64,000 nt of DNA from contig SMSO01000034.1 of assembly GCA_004764695.1 (NCBI GenBank), forward strand, positions 930,001 through 994,000. Reading direction: 5' to 3'. Both the position numbers and the translations under genes were made by a program. Position 1 is the first letter of the stretch, and each line of letters opens with the position of its first letter. The notes under the pieces were generated by a model that did no database searches, was not told the origin of the DNA, and saw only the letters and a program-made list of their open reading frames with translations. Source of the stretch: Schizochytrium sp. TIO01. Lineage: Eukaryota > Protista > Bigyra: Labyrinthulomycetes. This document shows, one piece after another, positions 52,349 through 63,284 of the stretch.

Positions 52349-54877
52349 ATGTTATTGACAGATTTATTGCAGAGCAATACTCTGTTGACATTGTTTTTTG
52401 TCACGGCGTACCTCTTTAGGCCCGAAAGCTTTGCTTGGGTTATTGTTCAACATGCACCCGGCGCCTTCGCAAGGTTCTGCGATGCTGTTTACAGTTTCTC
52501 TCTTATTTTAGCAGATGGGAAGCTTACAACAGCTTCATGTCTTATTTTGACGAGCACTATTATATTTATGCACAAGTATGGTGTCTGGAGTTCACCTCTG
52601 TCAAGTTTATTAGCCATTCCAGGCCCAAAGTCAACCCAAGAGGAGGTGGATCAAAGGCTCCCTACCCCCATGAAGTCGAACAAGTCAAAAGCAGCACGGA
52701 AAGGCTCTAGGAAACGGATGGGCAGCTTAGGCCGTGTCAATCAAAAATCAAAGTCGAAATCAATGGCGAGTGGGAATAAGCCATCATTTTTACTTGATAG
52801 CAGAAGTCCGCAGACTGAGGCCCCTGAAAAAGAAAACCACATAGATATGCAAAGAGACATCGCTGGCTTGAAGTTAGACGATGGAGACTTTGAGCAATCT
52901 CAAGGCTCAGTTGAATCTCTGAGAAGCATGAAATATCAAGACTTGGATAAAAGTCCAGCGGTTAGCGTCTCGGACTGTTTCAAGTCACCAAACAGTTGTG
53001 AAGAAGATTTTTCAGACCCGACTAAGACTAATTCAACGAATCAGTCAGAGGTAGATGTATGTACTATGGAAAGGAACCGAGCAGAAACAGTTTCATCAGG
53101 AAGCTGTGAAAGAGCAAATACTAGAACGCCACTGAAAGTTAATGCCAAAATTATAAACGCCAAAGGAGATGCAACGATAGAATCATCTACTAGACCATGC
53201 ACAAAATCAGCAAAAGCTTCATCTAATGATAGAAAGAATTCCTATCCTTTTCCAATAAGCAATCAGTTGGAGGAAGACCAGGACGAAACCTTCGGTCCAG
53301 AGAATCACTATTGTCAAGATCAAAAAGCAGAACAGATTGTGGCACTGCGATTCAATGATTGGCCCCAACCTCAGCTAAAAGGTAGTCATAAAATAAGCTT
53401 CGAGAAGAAAGAAACGGAGGAGGAGTCTACAAAACTGAATTGTGTGGACAACAATAAAGAATCTACTAATCACAAATTTGGATGGAAACGGGTCATCGCC
53501 AAAGGCCGAAACGATAGTAACAAAAACAATAGAATGGACCATCGTATCGAGAATGGGGACAGTACAAACTGTAATTTGCATTCTAGAGGTACTGATCAAA
53601 TTTATAGAAGTTATGCACTATCAGCTCAACATGACAGCCTTGCTCAAAAACGTCCCTATATGTCATCTTTGCCAGAGACGGTGATTGATAGTAGTTGCAC
53701 TGAAACTCTTAATTTATGCCACAGTGTTACTGGGAAGAAAAAAGGAAGCTCTCTGACAAAGAATCATGTCTCTTTGAGACCGCTCCAACCCACCAAAGAA
53801 AGACCCGTGCGGAAAAAAAAAACTTCCTCTGGAGACAAATCTACTTTAGAAGGTAAGGACCGTGTCCGTAAGATGGTTGCGCACACTGCGCCAGCAACAT
53901 CATGGCGTAGGCATGACCACAATTTACCATGTGATTCGGCAAGGAACTCGCATGTTTACACAAGAGAGGAAAAACAAGAATCTATCAAGGCTTGGTCAAG
54001 CAGATCTAATGATCCAAGTGCGGCTCAAGCCAAATTAAAAAACCAGGAGGAGCAAATGCACCATGATAATTATCGTTTGGAAAGTCAATCGCCTAGCTCT
54101 GGGGATCTTCAAGGCTTTTTGCGTCGTCTTGATTTAGAAGATTACCTTGATAAATTTCAAGCAGAACGATTGGACCTTGAAACACTGCATATGCTGAATG
54201 TACAAGATCTTGATCGCCTTGGCCTTCCATTAGGGCCTAAGAAGCGTTTTGAAATGGAATTGTCAGCTTTTCGTTCACAACAGAATTGGCAAATATCCCG
54301 GTTGCCAAGTGAAATAAAAAATGACGAACCTGTTCATCGAAACAAGTTCACTAGTGTATCTTTCGATTCCAAACAAGACTTGAGGGCAGATTCACCGGCA
54401 TTTACACCTTCGAGCACACTCTCATCTGCTCATCCGCCTGGCTACCGTCATAGCACCCCATTCCATCAACAACATTCACCTTCAGTTCCAGAGCATTTGC
54501 CTGTTGCAATTGCTATGAGGGATACCAGGAATTCTACAGAATTTGACAGCATGCAGCATGGAAACAGATATCAGAACGCAGCTCAATTGTTTACAAATAG
54601 TGGACCAAGAGTAAGTCCTAGCTACCCAACACTTTACCAGCCACCCCTTGCTATCCCAGTCAATGGCCTATCTTCGCAGACTTTAGACCAGTCTTCTACA
54701 TCTATGTATTATCCACACCAAAAAGATCAGCAGTACTTTTATCATCACCACCAGCACGCAGCGACCCATGCGCAGTCTCACTTTACGCCAATGCTTCCTC
54801 GCACAAAGCAGGAGGTTGAGCTGGATTTGTCGCGAATTGCAAGTCAAATGTCAAACTCGGTTCTTGATTTCGATTAA
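52349..54877 (+). CDS. SAM-domain protein with hydrophobic N-terminus and long disordered regions
   Basis: SAM 'DLQGFLRRLDLEDYLDKFQAERLDLETLHMLNVQDLDRLGLPLGPKKRF', N-terminal hydrophobic segments and a PAM2-like 'LRADSPAFTP'. Confidence 0.8.
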   Translation: MLLTDLLQSNTLLTLFFVTAYLFRPESFAWVIVQHAPGAFARFCDAVYSFSLILADGKLTTASCLILTSTIIFMHKYGVWSSPLSSLLAIPGPKSTQEEVDQRLPTPMKSNKSKAARKGSRKRMGSLGRVNQKSKSKSMASGNKPSFLLDSRSPQTEAPEKENHIDMQRDIAGLKLDDGDFEQSQGSVESLRSMKYQDLDKSPAVSVSDCFKSPNSCEEDFSDPTKTNSTNQSEVDVCTMERNRAETVSSGSCERANTRTPLKVNAKIINAKGDATIESSTRPCTKSAKASSNDRKNSYPFPISNQLEEDQDETFGPENHYCQDQKAEQIVALRFNDWPQPQLKGSHKISFEKKETEEESTKLNCVDNNKESTNHKFGWKRVIAKGRNDSNKNNRMDHRIENGDSTNCNLHSRGTDQIYRSYALSAQHDSLAQKRPYMSSLPETVIDSSCTETLNLCHSVTGKKKGSSLTKNHVSLRPLQPTKERPVRKKKTSSGDKSTLEGKDRVRKMVAHTAPATSWRRHDHNLPCDSARNSHVYTREEKQESIKAWSSRSNDPSAAQAKLKNQEEQMHHDNYRLESQSPSSGDLQGFLRRLDLEDYLDKFQAERLDLETLHMLNVQDLDRLGLPLGPKKRFEMELSAFRSQQNWQISRLPSEIKNDEPVHRNKFTSVSFDSKQDLRADSPAFTPSSTLSSAHPPGYRHSTPFHQQHSPSVPEHLPVAIAMRDTRNSTEFDSMQHGNRYQNAAQLFTNSGPRVSPSYPTLYQPPLAIPVNGLSSQTLDQSSTSMYYPHQKDQQYFYHHHQHAATHAQSHFTPMLPRTKQEVELDLSRIASQMSNSVLDFD

Positions 54878-55252
54878 GATGCACGGATACCACGGCACAA
54901 TTTACTTCATAGCTCGCTTGGAAGTAGCGAGATTATTATTGATAAGAATTTCCTTCCCTGCCCCCTATTTTCGACTATAATTTCAGCTACTAAAGAAGAA
55001 AAATCTTAACTTGCATTCTACATAGCAGCATTCTTGCACCAAGCAATACAACTGCAGCAGTACTTCGGTCTATTAATGAATGCGCATGTAGAAAACAAAC
55101 ATGAGTCCTGTACTCGATTGCCTCATGCCGGTAAGAAAACTTAGAGAAAACTTAAATTAATTTAGATGCTTTTTATAATAAGTTCATTCATTTCTTTACC
55201 TTTGAGCTTCAGAGACTAAAGGCATGTAGTCACAGAAAAACTATATTGCATT

Positions 55253-57784
55253 TTAATTTGCGGACGCCCAGCCAGCCTTACTTGTAGCCTGCTTAACAAA
55301 TGCAAGTGCAAGGTTGTGAAGTTCTACTCGTTGTCGACCAACGTGCCTATTCTCTTGTGCAGCGTTATTTGCTCGCAGTAAGAGCACCGCTCGCTCTAAA
55401 TACATTATTGCAGCACGCAATCGATTCATCATGTACATACAGCAACCTACTCGGATGAGTGCATTTACCTCAAGCAGATCACTCTGTAGACACCGAGCAA
55501 GGTGTACGCCGCGTATATAATTTACAAGAGCTTGCTCAGGAAACTTGTCATGTTGCAAGACAGCGTCGCCCTGGGCCAAAATGTCCAAGACGTCATCTCG
55601 AGGCAAGCATCCGCTTGCTTTCAGGGCACCAATATCTTCCAGCCGTTGAAAAATGGCGGTACGATCTTTTGCCTGAGTAACTGTCCCCATAAATTCGATA
55701 CCAAAACGGCCAGCAAGCGAAGCGTCTTTCTTCATAAAGGCGCATTCTTTTAAGCTAGCTAGAACAATAGGCTCCTGCTTCCACATTCCCATTTGTCGCA
55801 ATATAGGCAAACTCTCCTCATACAGTTCAACCGCTTCCACAATTTTCTTTTGATCTAAATATGTGTGGCCAAGATTACCGAGAGCCCGGGCTTTAGCACG
55901 AAGACTCGAACAGGCTACACACTTGCACCAAGCTGCAGCTGAATCGTGCTGAAGCAAGCCGTTATATACAAGATTTGTTGTTGAGCGGCTAGTTGGACAC
56001 TCGGATTGATAGTCAATCTGATAATCTACATTGCGTGCTGCCCGTGATAAGACATCCCGGAATATCTCTTCTGCCTCTTTGGGATTGCCAGTACGGAATC
56101 GTTCTGCACCTTTATGCAGAAGGTAATCCAGTTCATCAGGATTTGTCAAAGCAGGATGAGGGTCAGCAGAAGATCCATCGTTCAGTATTGATGAGCTACT
56201 ATCAGGACTATCTGGTGGACTTGATGAAAATCCACAATAGTCACATACTATGAAGACATTATCGTTTCGAGGCGTCCGTTCCGAACATGACCGAGCACAT
56301 TCATATTGATTTGTTGAGTTGTCATTCGCAGGCTTGGCATAGTAATCATGAAGTAGATCGCCTTCATTCCAGTTCACTGAAAGCATGTCAAGCGCACCTT
56401 GCGAGAGGCTGAGGCTTGCTCGGAAAGAATCATTCCATTTTTTCGCATACTGACTATGTAAAGGAAATCTGAGAGAGTGCAACGATGCCTGACGAAAAGC
56501 TCGAATGCTAGGAAATGCCCGTGTCTCCTCGCCCTGTTGTTCAGACCGGCGAACTAGAAAGCCTGCCGTTGCAGCATTACTGAGTCCACAGTGACGCAAT
56601 TGCTGTTTCTCGGACACATAAGATATGATTAATTTGGTCCAATTGCGGGTCGTGCTCCACCGAAGTAGAAAGGAGCCAGGTCTTTCTCGGCTGAGAATAT
56701 CTGACGCAACACTGCGTGGCATCCTTCCCCAGAATGCTGTATCAAGAAGACCCATGCGATCAAGCAAGGAGTTCGAGGCTTTAGCGATTGCAACTTGCAC
56801 TGGACCAAATAGAGTCAAGAAATTACGCAACATATTGAAGTCTATTGGCTGTTCGTACAAATTTGAGCTGTTGCACTTGAACTGAGCAACTGACTCTACT
56901 AGGTCTCCATAGCTATGCGAGGAGATATCCAAAACCTTTGCTATAAGTAAAGGCTCAGAGACAATTTGTTCATGACGAGCTTCTGCTTGCTGAATATGTT
57001 TAACAACATCACGCAGGGTTATGCGAGCATCTTCTGGCAGGGCTCCAAGTTCTGTCCTTGGGAAATCTCGTGAGGCAATGAAGATTTCATGAGCTTCACG
57101 CTCTGCATTGTACATATAGTCATCCATATCGGCTGTCTCATCCTCTGTGGAACCATTATCCTCCAGAGTGCTCTCCTCATCCACAGAAGCACCTTCTTCT
57201 TCTGCCATAAGGTTCTCTCCAACCTTAAGGGGTTCGGGGGGCTGTGGGGTACGAAGAAGTTCTCGATTTCTGGTCTCATTCTCATTCTCTGTATGATTGG
57301 CCTTGGGGGTTATGGGGGGTTCCTCGTCACTATCATCCTCTGGAGGCGGTACTGGCGTCAACTGCAGTGAGATCCTCGAACCAGAATGCACATTATCTTC
57401 TATATTACTACCATTTTCACAGTCTAGATTTTCGATAGTCTCGCAGAGATTTATTTTTGATTCCTTTCTAGATTTCTCCTCGAAATCAGCAGCTTCGAAT
57501 TGCACTCTTTCAAGAATCTTTTCAAGGGCTTCGCGGACGATGGATTCGCCTTCGCTTTCAGGAGGTGGACTATCGAGGGTCTCCACTGCATCAAAGTTGT
57601 CATCTACCTCATCAACATCCACCTCAAGCGCCTCGAGCTTCGGCATGGGTTCATCTTGAAATGTTTTCCGCGGCATGAGGGCGTCTATTCCAGCGACAGG
57701 GTTGTCACCCGTGCCGTTTGGGTCCGCCGTGACAGGCCCAGGGCCTCCCTGGCTGCTGGCGCCACTCTCTGCTGCAGATGACAT
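55253..57784 (-). CDS. SH2-domain and TPR-repeat protein
   Basis: SH2 'FWGRMPRSVASDILSRERPGSFLLRWST..LIISYV..LRH' and TPR 'KARALGNLGHTYLDQKKIVEAVELYEESL'. Confidence 0.8.
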   Translation of the reverse strand: MSSAAESGASSQGGPGPVTADPNGTGDNPVAGIDALMPRKTFQDEPMPKLEALEVDVDEVDDNFDAVETLDSPPPESEGESIVREALEKILERVQFEAADFEEKSRKESKINLCETIENLDCENGSNIEDNVHSGSRISLQLTPVPPPEDDSDEEPPITPKANHTENENETRNRELLRTPQPPEPLKVGENLMAEEEGASVDEESTLEDNGSTEDETADMDDYMYNAEREAHEIFIASRDFPRTELGALPEDARITLRDVVKHIQQAEARHEQIVSEPLLIAKVLDISSHSYGDLVESVAQFKCNSSNLYEQPIDFNMLRNFLTLFGPVQVAIAKASNSLLDRMGLLDTAFWGRMPRSVASDILSRERPGSFLLRWSTTRNWTKLIISYVSEKQQLRHCGLSNAATAGFLVRRSEQQGEETRAFPSIRAFRQASLHSLRFPLHSQYAKKWNDSFRASLSLSQGALDMLSVNWNEGDLLHDYYAKPANDNSTNQYECARSCSERTPRNDNVFIVCDYCGFSSSPPDSPDSSSSILNDGSSADPHPALTNPDELDYLLHKGAERFRTGNPKEAEEIFRDVLSRAARNVDYQIDYQSECPTSRSTTNLVYNGLLQHDSAAAWCKCVACSSLRAKARALGNLGHTYLDQKKIVEAVELYEESLPILRQMGMWKQEPIVLASLKECAFMKKDASLAGRFGIEFMGTVTQAKDRTAIFQRLEDIGALKASGCLPRDDVLDILAQGDAVLQHDKFPEQALVNYIRGVHLARCLQSDLLEVNALIRVGCCMYMMNRLRAAIMYLERAVLLLRANNAAQENRHVGRQRVELHNLALAFVKQATSKAGWASAN

Positions 57785-59219
57785 CGCAAGGCCACCACCG
57801 CCAGAATCGCGCTCCTACGATCCCGGGTCTGCGATGCCTCAAATATTGGCAGCACTCGAACTGAGCAAAGGAAATGAGAATCATGACCAAACAGACGAAT
57901 AAAAAACGATCTTTCTTTCTCTTGCCTCCTTTTTCTCTCTTGCCTTTCTTTTACAAAGCCCACAATCGGGTATTCTCTACTTGCAGCATGGTTTGCTCTA
58001 CTGTAGACAGGTTTGCTTCACTGTATTTGTTTCATTGGCTTCCTTCCTCGCAAACCCTGGCGCCTTGCACTCCTCGAGAGGTCAGTCAGGTGGGATGGCG
58101 AATCGTGCAAGGGACTGCGAAGAACGAGCCAGGTTATTCGCCTTGAGATGTTGGTTATTTTGCAGATGGTGGCAGGGTGACGACCATTGCTTTGGTGTAC
58201 GGCAGAGGGCTATAATTCAGGTTAACGGGGAAGGGGGATTGTGGGCTTCACGATGGAATTTGACTGCGAAGAACAAAATTCACGATCATGAATAAAAGAA
58301 AGGATAATATTCAGGCTACATACTCAAACCACGCAAATTAGCTCTATTAGCTGAAGCAAAAAAAATGCAGCTGATATAGCAGATAAGCTGATTTAGGTCC
58401 CAGCAGCCGCTGCAAATCTTGTGCATTGAAATGAAAGAATACGAACTAGAGTGCTGTTACTCTAGTGCTTGTCAAGAACTCTGCTCTCAGAAGCTCCCTG
58501 GAAGATTTAATACAATTTAATACAACGCAGGCAAGAAGATGGCTTCCTGCGTCATACCTGTGAACGTCTTAAACGTAGCGCTGATTTCATCGTAAGTGTT
58601 GAACAATTCGTTGTGAACATGTCTTCGCTTTGGACATTTTTCATTTTCATGATGCCAATTTCCTCGTCTCGTTCTAATCGTTCTAGTAGCATCTCAAACT
58701 ACTAAAATCAACACCTACGTATAACCATAGCACTAGTACCAAATATGAAAAATAAAATAAAAATGAATAATTGCGTCGATCTTAGCCGCGTGGCAAAGCC
58801 TGAATTCGAGGACCTGGCTGCAGGGCTGGCGGGGGGCGCGCTGGGGCCGAGGCGAGCGGCTTCATCTTCCGCCACTGCTCTGTTCTTCTGGTTTAAGGTG
58901 TCTACTTAGGGCTGTCCGTCGCTTCTTTCTGACTTCTATCGGACGGTCATTCGATCGTTTGTTCATTCGTCTGTTCACCTGCATCTTGACTACTCTCTGA
59001 GCAGTTGTGTGTTGCGTTACGTGGCTTCCCTAGGTTTCGTACTGCCTCACTTTGCTCCTTTGCATAGGGTTGAGCAGGATTGTTGACGCTTGCTCTCTAT
59101 TAGTGTGCTTTATTAAACTGGTTTGCATTACTTCAGGCTTTGCCTAGATCCTCTTTGGATCTTGCTTTTTCATACGTTTCTTCACGATTGCTTTGCGATC
59201 TCTAGGGGCACTCTTCAAA

Positions 59220-61463
59220 ATGAGGTTTATTGAATATGCAGTGGTGTCCACACTCGTCACAGCTGGCGTTGTCTTCTATGCGTATGCGACGAGAGTTCAA
59301 TTTTACCCTGCTGTGATTTATCTGGTTACCTCAAAACCTGCAATTATGGTTTTAGGCAATATGGCGTTTGTTTTCACAATAGCACTAGGACAACTTACGA
59401 ACAAGATCTTCTTAGGCCGGCTGCGTGAGGTGGAGCGTGAGATCATATGGGAGAACTTGCGCTACGCTTTTACAGAAACATGCCTTGCGCTTTCTACATT
59501 CCGTGAGGAAATGAGCCTGAATGTTGTTATCATGTTCACGTCCTTACTTTTTGCGAAAGTCTTCCACTGGCTTTGCGAAGCTCGCGTCGAGCACCTCGAG
59601 CAGGCCCAGGAGATGTCACGTCTTGCTCATGTACGAACCGTGAGTCTTATGGCAGTTCTACTATTTGCAGATGTGTGCTGTGCAGGCGCGTCTTTGTACG
59701 TAGTCCAAACTCAAGGTGCATCCGTGCAGGTGTTCTTTGGTTTTGAATATGTATTGCTTGGCATTAAAGTGGTAGAGGTTTTTATTAAGTACTGTCTTGC
59801 TGCAATTGACATGCACTTTATTCAGGGACAGTGGTACAACAAGTCTCTCTATGAGCTTTATTTGAAGCTCGTGATCGACGTTGCTCAACTTTTTGTCAAT
59901 GTCATTTTCTTTGCAATCATCTTCACTTACTATGGCGTACCGCTTCATCTTATGCGCCAATTGTACATTGCTGTGAAGAATGTACACGACCGTCTAACAC
60001 ACTTCTGGCGGTTCCGCAGAATTACGGCGAACCTGCATGATCGTTTTCCAAACGCTACAGAAGAGGACCTCGAAGCAACGGACCGTGTTTGTATTATTTG
60101 CCGCGAGGAGATGGTCGCGGGAACTGGCGTTGGTGCTCCTAAAAAGCTTCGTCCTTGTGGTCACATTTTCCACTTTTACTGCCTTCGGAACTGGCTCGAA
60201 CGCCAGCTGAAGTGCCCCACTTGTCGCACAGACATTTCAACACGACCTGCCCAAGCTGACGCCCAGGGGCAGGCTGCTCAGCCGCCGCAGCAACAGCTTC
60301 AACAGCCGCAGCAGCCGCAACAGCCTCAAGGTGGTGCTGGTGCACATGAACTTCCCGGTCAGCATGTCCCTCACCAACATGATCACATGCAAGAGCGAAG
60401 AGAGCGCGAAACAAATCAACGATTTGCGCGGCTTGCTCATCAGCTTGGTCTTAACGCTGACCAAGCTCCTCTTCAGGCTGCACCAAATGATGAGGAACCA
60501 TCAAGAAGCCCTCCACGAGCTGCTGCAGCAGCAGAGAGAGCTAGGGCGACAGAGGCGTCTACTGCTGCCACTCTACCATCTTCGCAAACAAATTCATCAC
60601 CTTCCCAAGATCAAGACGAATCACGGGAACCTCGCCAAGATTCTTCCTCTGCAACTTCGTCTCGACCTAGGCCTCAATATTCTCAGACCGGGGCTGCTTC
60701 GACCTCAAATCGCCCACCTAACCAAGGCACGGGACACGGAGTCCCGCCATCGGGGGCTGGTATGGGCTCTGCCCCGTCTTTCCAGGGTTCATCTGGCTAC
60801 AGTTCGTTCCCTTCAAGGCTTCGTACTCCTCCAAATCTTGGATTTCCTATGGGACTTCCACAAACGCATTCCGTCACAGGTGACTCAATGAATGGCATTG
60901 AGATGCCAACGGTGGCACAGTATTTGCAAAGTCAAATCGAGATCCTCCAGCTTCAGCTACAGGTGTATCAAGCACAAGCAAATGCTGCGCACGCAACCCG
61001 CCGCGCTGCAGTTGCTGCCATGCGTGCCCGAAACTTCCACGAACGTCAACAGCGCCAAGATACCCCTTCACCAGAATCTGATCAAGGTATGGCTCCTGAA
61101 AACATGGAGGGTTCTACCAACGCAAGCGATGGGGAACCAAAGGAGCCTGTCCAGCCAGACCTTGAGACACCTGTGCCTGCACCTGGTAGTAGTAATTTAA
61201 TGCCCGTCCCTGCCCCAGAGTCGCCTACACATCATGAAGAAGTGAAGAGCAACATGCTTACCTCACATGTTGAAGAGGACAATAAGATGGTTCCCGCAGA
61301 AAATGTCATTCAGGCTGATGAGTCGGCTCAAGTAGAGGAGTCGACCACTACCGATGAATCCGCATTGCACACACCGCAGCAAGAACTCCGTCAACGCCTT
61401 GCAGCGGCTGCTCTGGCGCGTTCTCAGCGTGAGGAGCTTGAAAATACCACCCCCCAATCCTAA
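59220..61463 (+). CDS. HRD1: ERAD E3 ubiquitin ligase HRD1/synoviolin
   Basis: 'QFYPAVIYL', 'FLGRLREVERE', 'YAFTETCLAL..FRE', 'KVFHWL..RVE', 'FFGFEY', 'YGVPLHLMR' and RING-H2 'CIICREEM..PCGHIFHFYCLRNWLERQLKCPTCR'. The first ATG is at 59220. Confidence 0.95.
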   Translation: MRFIEYAVVSTLVTAGVVFYAYATRVQFYPAVIYLVTSKPAIMVLGNMAFVFTIALGQLTNKIFLGRLREVEREIIWENLRYAFTETCLALSTFREEMSLNVVIMFTSLLFAKVFHWLCEARVEHLEQAQEMSRLAHVRTVSLMAVLLFADVCCAGASLYVVQTQGASVQVFFGFEYVLLGIKVVEVFIKYCLAAIDMHFIQGQWYNKSLYELYLKLVIDVAQLFVNVIFFAIIFTYYGVPLHLMRQLYIAVKNVHDRLTHFWRFRRITANLHDRFPNATEEDLEATDRVCIICREEMVAGTGVGAPKKLRPCGHIFHFYCLRNWLERQLKCPTCRTDISTRPAQADAQGQAAQPPQQQLQQPQQPQQPQGGAGAHELPGQHVPHQHDHMQERRERETNQRFARLAHQLGLNADQAPLQAAPNDEEPSRSPPRAAAAAERARATEASTAATLPSSQTNSSPSQDQDESREPRQDSSSATSSRPRPQYSQTGAASTSNRPPNQGTGHGVPPSGAGMGSAPSFQGSSGYSSFPSRLRTPPNLGFPMGLPQTHSVTGDSMNGIEMPTVAQYLQSQIEILQLQLQVYQAQANAAHATRRAAVAAMRARNFHERQQRQDTPSPESDQGMAPENMEGSTNASDGEPKEPVQPDLETPVPAPGSSNLMPVPAPESPTHHEEVKSNMLTSHVEEDNKMVPAENVIQADESAQVEESTTTDESALHTPQQELRQRLAAAALARSQREELENTTPQS

Positions 61464-62151
61464 GAAGTAGGTATTGAGAGGCAAAACCCATACATAACTT
61501 TGTGAAGCGGGGATGTCACTTTATTTTTCTGTCTTAGCAAGTTTTCCCAATTTTATGCACAGTTTTCATCTTCTCGCAGAATGCCATAGTGTAGCAACCG
61601 TCCTTACCTTTGTTTTTTAAAATCTCTATTTCCATGCTTGGTAAGAGAAAATAAAGTACACAGATCAATTTCTCAGTTATTTTTACCTTGCTTATAAAAC
61701 ATCGTTATAATTGACAACATAAACTAGTTGAGTGTTCGTATGTTTTGATCATAGTTTGTTAGTGTCTGCATATTATTCAAAACCACAGCGAAACAAAGGC
61801 AACATGTTTTCTCGACCAGTAGTGCTAACTCAAAATAATGAGTAAGAAATGATTATACTAGCGCTAAGTTAAGGAACATTCAACATCAAGAAGATGCTTA
61901 TATAGTTTCGAAATATGATTCTACTGCGAGAAGCAATCCTAAATTGTGTGAACACCGTCACTTTATAGTCAATTTTGACCTTCTCATTGGAAAGGATCCG
62001 TTAGACCCTTGTTTCGCGCTGATTAAAATTTTGCAATCTTAGCATGATAAGAAAGCAGAGAAATTGCTCATCACCCATTTTACGCACTTGTTGCGACTTT
62101 GTGGATAAGTGTTATTGCACGTAATAAATCCATTTCGTAGTAGGGACACCG

Positions 62152-63177
62152 ATGGCGTTTAGCCGACGCGAGCCTTCTGTCCGAAAGCAGTTTCATAGAC
62201 GAAATGGGGAGATAACTGCAGCAAAGGAAATGAAGCAGGAACGCAATACCTGGAGCGTTAATGAAGATTCAGTTGAGAGCAAACATGATGCAGAGCACCA
62301 CCCTTCGACAGAAAGACGAGTAACGGAGGCAGAAGCACGCGCATTTTACTCAGACAAGCTTTCACAAAAGCGTGCTGCGTTGCAAGCACTCAAAGATCAA
62401 GACAACGAGCAATTTGCTCAGCTTTGCCCTTTCGCGCCAAATATCAATGAAGATCGAGCAACTTCTTTACAGAGACTTGTGGATTTTACAGAGCATCGTA
62501 AAGCCTCTGCTCGTGCAACCGTAAAGGAGGAAGACTTTTGGACATTTCAGCATGAGGCAACTCATTGGGAAAACTTCCTCGATCGCAGTGAAGCTTTCTT
62601 GCGTCAACGAAGAACGGTGCTTGATTTAAAAAGACAAAATCAAGAAATTGAAGAGATTGATGAATGCACTTTTCAACCGCAAGTGAGCTCATCTATTATA
62701 TTACCCTTAAGAGACTCGGGAGATGTATTTCTTGATCTTTATAAAAAAGGGTTAAAACATCGCGCTGCCCGGGAACAGATTCAAAAAGAGCAAGCTGACC
62801 GGGCAGCAGTTTGTGAAATGGAGGGTTGTACTTTTCAGCCAAATGTTTTTCGAGAGCGGAAAGCGCCTGTTGAAGCGGCAGCGCCGCCAATTGAATCCTA
62901 CTTGCCAATTCCAAAGGAGACGACCTACTCAAAACTACACATACAGCGATCATCAATCAACAATACAAAGTCTACTGACTTTACTCTGCGATCCTCCGCA
63001 CCAAACCACCAAACTCGAGTAAACAACACTGCAAACCTTTCCAAACGACATGAAGATATTAGAAGCAAGCATGAATACGAACGGACAGCACAACACGCCA
63101 ACGAACATTTTTCGGAGATTCTCAGAAGCATTCAGGAGCTCAACCGCATTATAGCAACACCAAGACCCAGTTTTTAA
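62152..63177 (+). CDS. Hypothetical coiled-coil protein with three C[TP]FxP repeats
   Basis: 'CPFAPNIN', 'ECTFQPQV' and 'GCTFQPNV' separated by charged helices. Confidence 0.7.
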   Translation: MAFSRREPSVRKQFHRRNGEITAAKEMKQERNTWSVNEDSVESKHDAEHHPSTERRVTEAEARAFYSDKLSQKRAALQALKDQDNEQFAQLCPFAPNINEDRATSLQRLVDFTEHRKASARATVKEEDFWTFQHEATHWENFLDRSEAFLRQRRTVLDLKRQNQEIEEIDECTFQPQVSSSIILPLRDSGDVFLDLYKKGLKHRAAREQIQKEQADRAAVCEMEGCTFQPNVFRERKAPVEAAAPPIESYLPIPKETTYSKLHIQRSSINNTKSTDFTLRSSAPNHQTRVNNTANLSKRHEDIRSKHEYERTAQHANEHFSEILRSIQELNRIIATPRPSF

Positions 63178-63284
63178 CTTTGCCGTATATTAATTTTGGC
63201 TCAAGTCAAATACGTACTATAGTAACAATTTCAAAGTAAATAAAGGGAGATTGATGTTTTAATCCGAAGATTCAGCTGCACTTC

